Positions 36,868 through 63,714 of a stretch of 64,000 nucleotides of DNA are shown piece after piece. This DNA comes from Macrostomum lignano (Eukaryota). The notes under the pieces are model-generated. The model made no database searches and was not told the origin of the DNA. It worked only from the letters and a program-made list of their open reading frames with translations. Numbering within the stretch: position 1 is the stretch's first letter; the number at the start of each line of letters is the position of its first letter. The translations under genes were made by a program, and so were the position numbers. Location: the NCBI GenBank assembly GCA_002269645.1, contig NIVC01000728.1, positions 62,001-126,000 on the forward strand. Reading direction: 5' to 3'.

Positions 36868-37473
36868 ATGCGCCACTGGTCTGCGTTGCTTCTTCTGTTC
36901 CTGCCGCTGCTTCTGCAGTCAGCATTTGGGGCTGAGGCAGAGCTTCCAGAAGGCTACAATGAGAAGTGTTTGAAGGACTCGAACCAGCCCTACTCGAAGG
37001 AAAACTACCAGGATTGCACGAATTCTGAAGCGGCCGAGGAGGGTCGCACGGAGTGCTGCACTGTGGGCGGCGAGAAAGGCTGCTGCAAGCCAACCGAAAC
37101 TGGCCGAATGCTGAAGATCGCCTTCGGAATAATCGGAGTGGCCCTAGGCCTGGGCATCATCGTGTACATCTGCACCTGGTGCGACAGGGACACCTGGCCC
37201 TGCATCGGCCGCATCGAGGACGCCTGGCGGCCCAAGCAGCACAAGTTGGAGGAAAGCCTGATCTGCTGTCGGGACCGTGTCGAACGCCGCCGCCTCGAGG
37301 AGGAGCACCGCCGCAAGTACGCCGCCAAGGACGGGGCTGAACACGACGGCGAACCAGACGCGTTCGAAGAAGAGGATGAATCCCCGACGAGTGTCGATGA
37401 CACCAGACGGGCCAATCTGAAGCTGGAGGCACCGGAAGAGTTCAAGGCGAAGGTGCAGGACTCCTGGTTCTGA
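36868..37473 (+). CDS. Single-pass type I membrane protein, Shisa-like six-cysteine (C-C-CC-CC) ectodomain, 201 aa
   Basis: Signal peptide MRHWSALLLLFLPLLLQSAFG; ectodomain C-x14-C-x12-CC-x7-CC; TM segment IAFGIIGVALGLGIIVYI; juxtamembrane cysteines; charged tail ending DSWF; GC-rich codon use. The family assignment rests on pattern only. Confidence 0.8.
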   Translation: MRHWSALLLLFLPLLLQSAFGAEAELPEGYNEKCLKDSNQPYSKENYQDCTNSEAAEEGRTECCTVGGEKGCCKPTETGRMLKIAFGIIGVALGLGIIVYICTWCDRDTWPCIGRIEDAWRPKQHKLEESLICCRDRVERRRLEEEHRRKYAAKDGAEHDGEPDAFEEEDESPTSVDDTRRANLKLEAPEEFKAKVQDSWF

Positions 37474-38422
37474 TTGATGGCCTGAGACACTTGTGCTTGA
37501 TGAAGCTAGAAGAATCTGGGGGAACAAGACCAGTGGACAAGGGAGTCTGGAGGAGCTGAACTGAATCGAACCTGAAAATTTTTAAAGCTTAAAGAAGAAT
37601 TGCGGCAAACTGTTTGCTTCTCATTCTGATAATCTAAAAAAGGAATTCATAATCGCTCTTTTTCATTTACTGAACCCTTTGAGAACACCACCACCTTGCT
37701 GGACGGAAGCCAAATACCTGTTGCTTGCAGTTTCTATGCATCGCCTTGCTTTCTACTATTTATCTGACGAAAATCGACAAAGACAAAAGATTGTTGATTA
37801 TTTTATAAAAATCAGTTTTTTCTATTTTATCCCATTTTTTTCCAAAAAAATTTCAAACGGCGATTGGTGATATTTTAATAAAGATTCTGTGCCGTTGCTG
37901 TACCGTTGATGTAGCTATATCGTTTTTCGCTAAAACTAGACATCGTAAACTTTAAAAAAATATTTTTATTTTTACTGCTCTATGGATCTCTTCGTGTAAA
38001 ACACTGTAGCTAATTAATATGGATATCAATAAATAATGCTATTTTAACTATAGCTGGTCCCGGCCATTTTTTTGTTAAAAGCAACGAGTACGAACATCGC
38101 GGCGGAAAAAATTATAATATTAAATAAAATTTCGCATTGGCTTCTTTGCTGCTTTGAACTAAGTCCGATGTAGGTTCATTAAATTGAATGCTTGCGCCAT
38201 AGCTTAACACTATCAAGCATTAATTTAGCACGAGGACTGATAGCGCTGAAGTCCATGGGTTCGATTCCACAGTCACAGCTTATTCTGATACTCGTTTTTT
38301 TTAATTACACCTGCTTTAATGCGCAGATGTGCAACCGACAGCTCAGCTGCAGCTATTGCGCACCGCATCTGAAGGCTGCGTATGGCTGCTCAGGCTAAAC
38401 ACTAGGGGTCGCCACACACACC

Positions 38423-38560
38423 CTCAACTACCCCAGCTAATGCTGGCACCCATTTTACAGCTGGGTGAGCTGAAGTGATGCAGACCGTTAAGTGTCTTGC
38501 TCAAGAACACAAATTGTTCGGAGTGGGTCGAGAATCGAACCCCCGACCCTAGGCTACAAC
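38423..38560 (-). mobile_element. Second copy of the CORE-type SINE, with an internal deletion in the tRNA head
   Basis: Reverse complement matches 47321-47485 but lacks about 30 nt between gtagcctag and ggtcgggggttcg. Confidence 0.75.
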
Positions 38561-40120
38561 AACTACTCGTGCACTCGTGCACAGAGATTGGCCTGCGGAT
38601 TGGATCTCACGTTAAAAAGTCAGGTTGAAAATTCCCACTACTTTTCAGAGACCCATTGTAAGTTGAAATTCTAGGTTTTACTCATATCTTTCATATAGTG
38701 CCACTGAAAGTAACAAGTATCATCGCCAACTGGTCAGCTGGAAATAAGTCAGCCACAATCCATACATCGGTCGCGTATGCATCATGTATTTGAAAATATT
38801 GGGGCCAGAAATTTAATACCCCAAATGATCAATGAGGTGCTGTTGCATGTAATAGTGCTTTGTCTTCTCGCTACAAATTCTCAGCGGGGTGAGCTATACA
38901 GAGTAGACAGAGCACAGCGAAAACGAAGGCAACCCACTGACCGCAGATTCAGGGACTGACGTTTAGTCCTCCAAGGGCTGCGGAGAATATTAAAATATAT
39001 ATCCTTCCCTTCAGCCTATGCAAACTGACGGATGGCGTGAGTGGACTGCAAACATTAGGCCTTGTGATGGGAGTATTGCAATATTCTATATGCAGCTCGG
39101 CAATATCCTGATGACTGCTTGCGCGTGTTTAAAGCACACAGGATGCGATTCAACTGTCTGAGGACACTGAAGCCTAATATTAGAAAATGGTATCTATGGT
39201 GTTTTTTCTGGGGCTCCGTTTATCAATCTACTTTTTTACCTCGTATATCATGGCTATCTTAAAACCCTCCTCTAAAGTAATATTAAGAAAGGCGGATCAA
39301 ATCCTATCTTAGCTTGCCTTCCTATCGCGGCTGCTGCTATACCTTATCCAGGGTATTGCGGCAGACTTGTCGTAAGTCTTATAATGAAACTAAAAAGACG
39401 CACAAAAGGGGAGTTGCGATGTTTGCCTTGTGGCAGCGTGCTGTTTGCTTGCTAAATCTGACTTGCCAGGTTTGCCTGCCAAATACAATGTGATATTTTG
39501 TGACTTCTGTTTTAATATTCTACTTATGCTAGTAGAAAGCCTACTAATACAGCGGCCACAGACACTTCTATTTTATGAGGCTCACAGCAGATGCAAAACA
39601 AATGCTAGGGTATTGGCTCGAATTATGATACATACGTGTATTAATTAATAATACATCGTACACTGTAGTCCATTAACTAATATGATGCGAACTGAGTGAT
39701 GATACCGACTTGGCCGACACCGACCGATTGAAACAGTTTATCAAGCGCTTCGAATGTGGACGATACGTCTGGTTAACCTAACCCAGGTATTTTTTGTTCG
39801 AAATTTTTAGCGGTAATAGGTTGTTTGACACTCGTAAATAATTACCGTTATTTAAATGTAGCACGCCAAACAAACTATCCAAGTAGCTAGTCAAGAAACC
39901 AGCTAAAAGCTTTATTTTTTGTCAATCATGACCCGATTGCCGCGTAAGTCTGCGACTACAGAATAGTATGGACAACCTAAAGATAAAAAGCTAAATGATC
40001 AGCCATAAATGTCTAGCCATGGGAAAAGTTATGAACGATCACGATTGGTTGATAGTAAATACATTTCTTCCACCTAGTTAGTTTCTCTCTTCCCATCTCT
40101 TCGCAAACAAAATGCAGAGC

Positions 40121-40127
40121 TATAAAG
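40121..40127 (+). promoter_or_regulatory. Possible TATA box of the neuropeptide gene
   Basis: TATAAAG about 125 nt upstream of the ATG; motif only. Confidence 0.3.
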
Positions 40128-40251
40128 AGACCTAGGTGTGCGATTCCCGCCTCCATTTATGAGCTAGCCAAAACCTCTAGATTGCGAGCGCGTAAGCCAG
40201 CAATTGGAAACAAGAGCGAGCAGCAACAGCCTTTATAATAACTGAGCCACT

Positions 40252-40866
40252 ATGGATAAGGGGTAAAAGTGGATATTCCATTTTCTTTTTTTGTTTTATT
40301 GACAAGTTTAACACGAAATTATACTTTTATCCATTTCCAGAGTCATCTACCACATCCTTATACTGGGATTGTTGATTGTAGCACTGGGACCCTGTGGAAT
40401 GGCAGTTCCTGCTGCTTCCGATGATGACGAAGCTGATGAAGGAGAAGTCAGCAATCAAATAGCGAACCAATATTTGGACAAGAAGGGCTACTACTGGCCC
40501 GGAATGTGGAACTTCAACCGAGAGTCATCTGGAAAGCGGTCCTACTACTGGCCTGGAATGTGGAACTTCAACCGAGAGTCATCTGGAAAGCGTTCCTACT
40601 ACTGGCCTGGAATGTGGAACTTCAACCGAGAGTCAACTGGAAAGCGGTCCTACTACTGGCCTGGAATGTGGAACTTCAACCGAGAGTCATCTGGAAAGCG
40701 GTCCTACTACTGGCCTGGAATGTGGAACTTCAACCGAGAGTCAACTGGAAAGCGGTCCTACTACTGGCCTGGAATGTGGAACTTCAACCGAGAGTCATCT
40801 GGAAAGCGTTCCTACTACTGGCCTGGAATGTGGAAATACGACAGCGACTCGACGAATGACTATTAG
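40252..40866 (+). CDS. Neuropeptide precursor (exons 40252-40262 and 40341-40866; 178 aa) with seven YYWPGMW peptides
   Basis: ATGGATAAGGG|gtaaaa...ccatttccag|AGTC joins in frame to give signal peptide MDKGVIYHILILGLLIVALGPCGMA, then an acidic spacer, KK, six 54-nt units (G/S)YYWPGMWNFNRES(S/T)-G-KR and terminal SYYWPGMWKYDSDSTNDY. Confidence 0.9.
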
Positions 40867-41244
40867 CAATTAACTGTTAACTCAAGTAGATTGGAAGCAT
40901 GAAGCATGATGATTCCAACGAGTTTTAGGGTTAGCTAACTAAAGGCTTTAAAAATTCTACTGACCTACACTGGTACTTGAAATTCGATTTCAGGTTTTTC
41001 GGTCTTAAAATCAGACTTCTTTAAAGTTAATTTACGCGGAAGTCATGGCTAACTATTCTTTTCAAAAAACGGAATATAAAAAAACTTTAAAACGATTTAA
41101 TGATAAAAATAAACTGTAATCAAGCAAACGTGTTGTCTCTTCACTTCCATTATTTGAGCAACAGAGCATCGCAGCAACTCATATATTTTTTCGTTTATTC
41201 TGTATAATACAATGTCTTATTTACGATGTAAACAATGCAACGCA

Positions 41245-41600
41245 GGGGGCCGTAGCCCAGCGGTCTAGCGCAGGCTCTGGTGTGCCAGCGACCCAGGCTC
41301 GATTCCAAGTGCAGTCACATTAATTTGGGGCTGAATTGGAATATCGGCTTGGCTCTGCTCGTGCAATTAACGGCCTTGAGAGCCAACCCCCCCCCCAAGG
41401 CGCAGTGAAGTGTACATGCCTAACGATAATATGAAGTTAGGGCCGCTGTGCACTTCTGTGTGAGTGCCTGTGCGTATGACTGCGTACGTATCCGCGCGCT
41501 TGTGTGCCTGCTCAGGGGAGTCGGCGGAATGGGCAGTAATGCCTCTCGCCGGTTGTGAGCCTATCTCGCTTGAAGTGCGCCAGGGTGCACACAACCCCCT
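41245..41600 (+). mobile_element. tRNA-headed SINE-like dispersed repeat, family B (longest copy)
   Basis: A box TAGCCCAGCGG and B-box-like GGCTCGATTCC; body motifs gtgtacatgcct, tgtgtgagtg, gcggaatgggcag and ccggttgtg are shared with four other loci. Confidence 0.7.
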
Positions 41601-42763
41601 GCCTCTACATTCGACAAGGTGACAACAAAAATTACTAAAAGTGAAGTTGCAAACGATTAGCTGCGATTCAGTTTATAAAGTCGAGACGAAAAATCGTAGA
41701 AACATTAACTGTAATAATCGGCAGACTGTAAAAGAGCGACCCTAAAGGCTGAGTGCGGACTAGAAATTAAATTAAAGAAGTCGGTAAACTGCCAGAAGAG
41801 TTGTCACATATGTTAGCTAGTGCCCAGTTTGAGAAAGAAGCCCACAGCAGCAGATGAAGCTTATGCAACATCTTGTGTTGTTTGTCGAATCGAAAAACTA
41901 ATTAGCACGCTGATAAATCAAAGCCAAGCACGTAAAAAAGAGAATCATGTATCTAAGCTACAGGGTCTCAGTTTCCCCCACTGAAAAATCCATACGGCAT
42001 AGCTGCAAAAGAAGTCCCAGGCTAAATTGAGATTTTAATTAAATGCCAAAGTGAATGGCTTGCAAGTCGTATCCTGTGAGTGTGGATTTCAATTAATGAT
42101 TCAGCAGACATCACGCAAGCTGTGCCTGCAAGTGAGAAGCTGCTGCTGCTGGCAACCGGGCTCTGATATGAATACGAGCGCATGGAAATGACAAGCCGAA
42201 AGAATGACAACTGACAAAAATGAGTTACACTGCTAATGTCGATCTGCTTTGCCACAACGGCTGATAAGCATTCGAATATTATAGTGCATTTATTTAATCC
42301 TAGTCAAAAAAAGTTATTATTAACATATTTTAATTCAAATTTGCAGCTCCGAATACATTAACTACAGTTTAATTACAGACAGTTTAATTACAAAGTTTAA
42401 GTTTGATTACAGAATGCGAATTATTTAATGCGAAATTAAATAAAGCAGGAGCTTATGCTGGACAAAAAATTAAAACAAAAAACTATTTATTTTGTCACAA
42501 AAAGAAAATAATGCAAGCACGTTTGACACGAGATATTCGTACGAATACATTTAGTATTCAATAAAATTAGAAGACTATATGCGCGCAACTTTTTACTTTT
42601 AGTAGAAGCAGAAGCAAGCAAAATTCTGGATAAATTAAATACTGTCACAGGAAAAAGTTTTGCAGAAAGCCGATACTGTAAAGAAATAAGACTAGAGGGG
42701 TGTGGTTACTGAGTTACTAAACTACTCCCATGCAAGCGATGCGAAAACAACAATTTCGGCTTG

Positions 42764-43513
42764 CTAAGGTGTAGCAGGGACTGGCATGAAACGGCGTCCA
42801 CTGCGGCAGTTGCCAGACAGGTTGTCTGTCACAATTGTCACATTTGAGTCCCGGGATGCTTCGGCTTCCTGTTCTATTGTCTCCTCCACATTGTTGGCAA
42901 ACAGATCAAGACCAGATTGGATGACTGCAGAGTTTGGAGCAGCAGTAGACGCCTTGGCCACAGAGCCTGACAATTGGATTCGCGGAGTTGAGCAGGGCCA
43001 AGATGATGCAGGAGACTGAGACGCTGGCGGCGACGCCAATAACGCCGAAGCTGGTAGGGCTAAAAATCGAGATTCGGACAAAGTTTCAAAGGCGCCATCA
43101 GGTAGTTGGGCAAATTCGTCATCACAAACTGGCGTGCGGAGGCACAGGCTGCTGTAGCTGCTCGCACCGCCAACGCCAATCGAGGGTGTCAAAAAGAAAC
43201 GCGACGAAGATGAGGGGCAGAAGCTGGAGTTGGAAGACTGGCCAGCAGGGGTTGAGGGAGCTTGGAAATAGAGAGACTCGGCCCTGTCCATGCCATACAA
43301 ATGAGGCGCAAATTCAGACAGATAACAGCGCCACCAGCTGTAACCGCTACTGCTGCTGTCATTTCCTAGCAGACGAGTCAGCAAAGCTCGGTCGCGCACA
43401 TAGCAAGTGAGCAACTTGCCGTCAGTGTCAGCCAGACTGAGACGGCGGGTGGCACCATTTGAAGCTGGTGCAACAGAGTGCACACGGCAGATGACAGCTG
43501 CTTGCTGGCGATT
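42764..43513 (-). CDS. Orphan coding exon (probably terminal) of an unidentified minus-strand gene
   Basis: GC-rich 250-codon open frame in AT-rich flanks, preceded on the minus strand by acceptor tattgttattttccaag and ending in TAG. The N-terminal ~85 aa look globular and beta-rich; the rest is S/P/A-rich. Upstream exons were not found. Confidence 0.6.
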   Translation of the reverse strand, partial: NRQQAAVICRVHSVAPASNGATRRLSLADTDGKLLTCYVRDRALLTRLLGNDSSSSGYSWWRCYLSEFAPHLYGMDRAESLYFQAPSTPAGQSSNSSFCPSSSSRFFLTPSIGVGGASSYSSLCLRTPVCDDEFAQLPDGAFETLSESRFLALPASALLASPPASQSPASSWPCSTPRIQLSGSVAKASTAAPNSAVIQSGLDLFANNVEETIEQEAEASRDSNVTIVTDNLSGNCRSGRRFMPVPATP

Positions 43514-46375
43514 CTTGGAAAATAACAATATGGAGAGAAAACCTTTAGCAATTAGTTGGCTATATTTTAAATCTAGATATCATCTTAGCTCATTAGCTGC
43601 AATTAACATAGCACTAACATAGATACAAGAGCAATACAATATTTAGGAAACCTAGATCACAATAAAACAAGACAAGGCTAGGTCCAAAGTTTTCCTTAAG
43701 GTAAGCTATACCCTTGACCCCTTTGAACTTTTCCTCAAGGTGGGATGAAATCCAAAATTTTTGAGACTAGATAGAATTGAGATTTTATTTTTTGAGATCA
43801 AGGTAATTTAGGATAAACTGAATTTATGATCAGGATTATATCTCCTGATCATATTATAATTTTTTAGAAATTATGGATAACATGTAGATGACAAAGAAAA
43901 ATATTAGGATCATTTAGATTAGAATCCAAATTTTTGTTAGGATCCTAGGATTCTTTAATTTGGGATCCTGTACTAGCCTATTTTTATTAGACATTGACAC
44001 AGCTATATATTAAGATAAAAATAAAGATCATATGCTACTTAAAACTAAGATAATTTAGCTAAGTATAAATATAGCCTAATATATACTGTATTATAGAATA
44101 TAGGGTTTAATAACCTAAAACTTACTTTAAAAAGAATGTGTATATACCCAAAACAATCAATCACACATTGAATATATTAATATAAAAAAGGTCTTTTATA
44201 ACTAATAAATAAGCCTAATAGATAAGCCTACTAATAATGTTAGGTCTAAGAATCTAGTAGGCCTACCTAGTCTACCATAATATCTAAGTGCAAATCCAGA
44301 AAAGTTTTAGAGGGGAAGCAAGCTATACCAAGCATTACAACGGAATGTTAGAGAATGGACCTAGGCCTAGCATATTTTTTGGCTATGGCTAAGGTGAGTC
44401 CATGGCCCATTTGCCTTGCTGAGATTTGCCCTTGATAATATTATTAAAATAAAGTCTTGGAAGTAAAAAATAATTTATTCTAACATTTTAATTCCCTATA
44501 GACCTAGGCCAAAATATAATAGACAATATTCTATGAATCAGGCTATTATACTTTGAACTTTAGGCCTAAGTTTTATAATATCTACTGTTATATTATAACC
44601 TATATTATACTGATAGGTTATAATAACCTATTGTTTAGAGACATTTATATAAATACCTGAATGCTAACTTAACTAATTATATTATCTATGATAATTTATA
44701 ACCCCATTATATAAACAGTTTAATAGCTACACTAAAGCTTAGTCTAAGAACTTATTATGGAAGTCTTAATTAATATGCATATGAGTCTATAACATTTTAA
44801 CATAGTTCTGCTATTATACTATGATAACTTCTGCTATGATAACTGCTTACAGTTGTTAGGCCTATGAACTGAAATTGATTTTTTAAATAATAAACCCTAG
44901 GCCTAACTTCTAAGTTCTATGCTATGCCTATTATGGACTTTGGATGGTAGATTTAAAACTTTAAGTTTTAATTTTAACTTTTAAGCAATTTGACATCAAG
45001 GATAGTTTGTTTTGTAGGCCTAACCAAACCCATTTAGTATATATTCTTAGAAAATATAACCTATAAAAATGATCATATTATAAATATGTAAAGTATGAAC
45101 ATTAAATTACTCATATATATTGGATTCCGGTTAACCCTTCCTTCCTTCCATCAGGTCAGGCATGAGGTCAGGTCCCGATATTTGCATGCTTTCGAGAATT
45201 TCTAGATAATTTCAGTCAGTTGTAAAGAAATAAACATGTACTCCTTACAGGATTTTCGTTGCTTTTAGTTTTGGTTTATTAACCACTGAGCTAGTGTGAA
45301 CGAGGTAAAATGATTCTTATATAAAACATTTGTTTTACTGATATATTGGCGTCTGTGACTTTTTAACTTTCATTTTTACACTGCTTTTTGTTAAATTCAC
45401 TAGCTATGGTGACTACAATTCATAAGATGACAATGGAGTTTACCTTTTAAATATTGATTGTTGGTTTCCATTTTGTATGACTGAGCAGTTAAACTACTAA
45501 ATCAAAATTATAAATCTCATTTTGAACTGTTTATTTCGAAAGCATGACTGTTAAAAGAAAAGGTAATTTCTCTATCTTCTGTCAGCTAAATATGTTCTTT
45601 GTTTCGTTGAGATTTTTCTACGAAAACACACATTTAAGTAAAGATAATGTTTTATTAAGTGAATAAAAACCTTCAATTGCTCTTTAGTAAAACTAAAATT
45701 TCGAATTATGCAAAGCCTCTAGATGGGAACTTGCTCCGGCCTTTGTTGTATCTCTGGGATTTTGTTCCAAAAGTACAATCTCAAGAGCTTGTGCACTGAC
45801 AGAGGCATTCATAGATTAACAGTTTGTAGATAGGCTAATAATATATTAATCGATTAACCAATTTATTTAAGACTGCATGGTACTGCGGCTACTGCCTATG
45901 CGGCTACATTAAACCAAATATTGTTTCAAATAAATGGTAGGGACAGGAACAAGACCATACTTTTTAGATGCTTTTAGCCATTTTTCTGAATTCTGAAAGC
46001 AGAGAAATCAGTTTAAATATATTTGATACATTGATACATTGATACATTTTATTTCCATTAAAAGTTGAAATAAACGCCTATCCTTTAAATTTAAGTGCTG
46101 AAGTCCCAGAAGTATACGCATTTGTAAATGCAGGTTAGACATGTACAGTATGGTTGATTGATCCAATGCTCGTATTAGACTAGAGTTCTAGTTGAAAGAA
46201 TGAGTTTGTCCTTTCACTAGAGAAAATGGGCTCTGTTAGAGCATCTAAAGACTTTTAAACTACCAGATAGGACGGTTCATATCTATTTTCTATGCTCTTT
46301 CTTTACCAATGGAATGGTCGTCTATGGCTATACCTCACAGAAAAATGAAGCCTGAGGATACAAAACAAGTCATAG

Positions 46376-46716
46376 CATGGATGAATGAATAGAATGGATT
46401 GCTATTCTGGCTCTGACTATTTTCGTTTTTGACTCTTTTGCATCCGGTTCCCCCCGTGCCTTTTCATTGGTTGATGATTGCCATAGACAATTGTCAGTTA
46501 CTTGCAGAGAATATCGAGCGCTCGTAGGTCTTCCCCCTTTATTTCAAAACACGAGCGAAAGCGCTTGTGCATCGAAAGAAAGGGGCGAAGGCCGAAAATT
46601 GTCTATGGCAATCATCAACCAATGAAAAGGCACGGGGGGGGGAACCAGATGCAAAAGAGTCAAAAACGAAAATAGCCAGAGCCAGAATAGCAATCCATTC
46701 TATTCATTCATCCATG
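46376..46716. mobile_element. Non-autonomous DNA transposon (MITE), 341 bp, ~117-bp TIRs, 8-bp TSD
   Basis: 46376-46492 is the near-perfect reverse complement of 46597-46716 (starts CATGGATGAATGAATAG); flanked by AGTCATAG at 46368-46375 and 46717-46724. Confidence 0.92.
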
Positions 46717-47315
46717 AGTCATAGGAACTAAACCATAAGCGGGGATTTGCCATTAAGTGTATTTTTAAACTGAAATTGAACATTAAAAAGACAGTTTTAA
46801 TGAATACGCTGCCGAGAATTTCGGTCGAAGTAATTTTAAAGACGATATCGACCCTGTCGTTTTCACCGATGATGGAGACCCGCATATTTAGTAATAGAGC
46901 GGCTGAATTGACTTTTTCATCTAATTGGTTATCGGAGACCACGCCAAGTCTTGATAGCATCGACTCTTACTCCTTTTTCTTGTTATAGGTTTCCTGCCAG
47001 TTAAAGTTGATATCCACTTCTTTCATGTTAAAAACTGAAATAGCGGTATAAAATAGTATTATATTTACCTGTTCTAATTATGTGTCTATTGCCAAAAGGG
47101 CTCTCTGCCTACCCTTTGCCTCAAAATATCTGCAGATTAAATACGATCTGGATCTGTTTCTTCAGTGTCTGTCGTACTTTCTTCTCCATAGTCACCGAAG
47201 GAACACATACGCTTGTGCAAAGATTAATACACAAATTACATTTGAATTCATCAAGATAGAACGGAGAGGTGGCATGCTTGCCCAGGGGGATTTGTAAGTT
47301 GGGGGGTTGCCTAAG

Positions 47316-47485
47316 TGGGGGTTGTAGCCTAGTGGATAGAGCGTCGGACTTACGACTGAAAGGTCGGGGGTTCGATTCTCGACCCACTCCGAACAATTTG
47401 TGTTCTTGAGCAAGCCACTTAACTCTGCACTGCTTCAGTCCACCCAGCTGTAAAATGGGTGCCAGCATTAGCTGGGGTAATTGAG
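47316..47485 (+). mobile_element. tRNA-derived CORE-type SINE
   Basis: A box TAGCCTAGTGG, B box GGTTCGATTC, then tgtgttcttgagcaagccacttaac...cttcagtccacccagctgtaaaatggg, closely resembling the MIR/CORE domain. Confidence 0.75.
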
Positions 47486-47644
47486 GATGTTTGGTGACCC
47501 CGAAATGCTTTCGAAAGAGTAGAAAAATGTTGAAAATGTATATTGACACGCAAACTCGACGGGTGCATATCTCACTCATCTGTCAATTCCTTTCATGCAG
47601 ATTTCCAGAAAGCCGCGGCCAACATTCACCAGTTCCTGCTGAAG

Positions 47645-63694
<16,050 letters not shown>

Positions 63695-63714
63695 GTAAGG
63701 GATTACAATGAGGG

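Noticed and set aside
46700-46960. 86-aa minus-strand ORF as first exon of the orphan gene
   Set aside because: No recognisable motif or clear donor, and it runs into the MITE.
47316-47390. Possible tRNA gene (Arg-like)
   Set aside because: No acceptor-stem closure or Pol III terminator; it continues into a CORE domain and recurs at 38423, so it is a SINE head.
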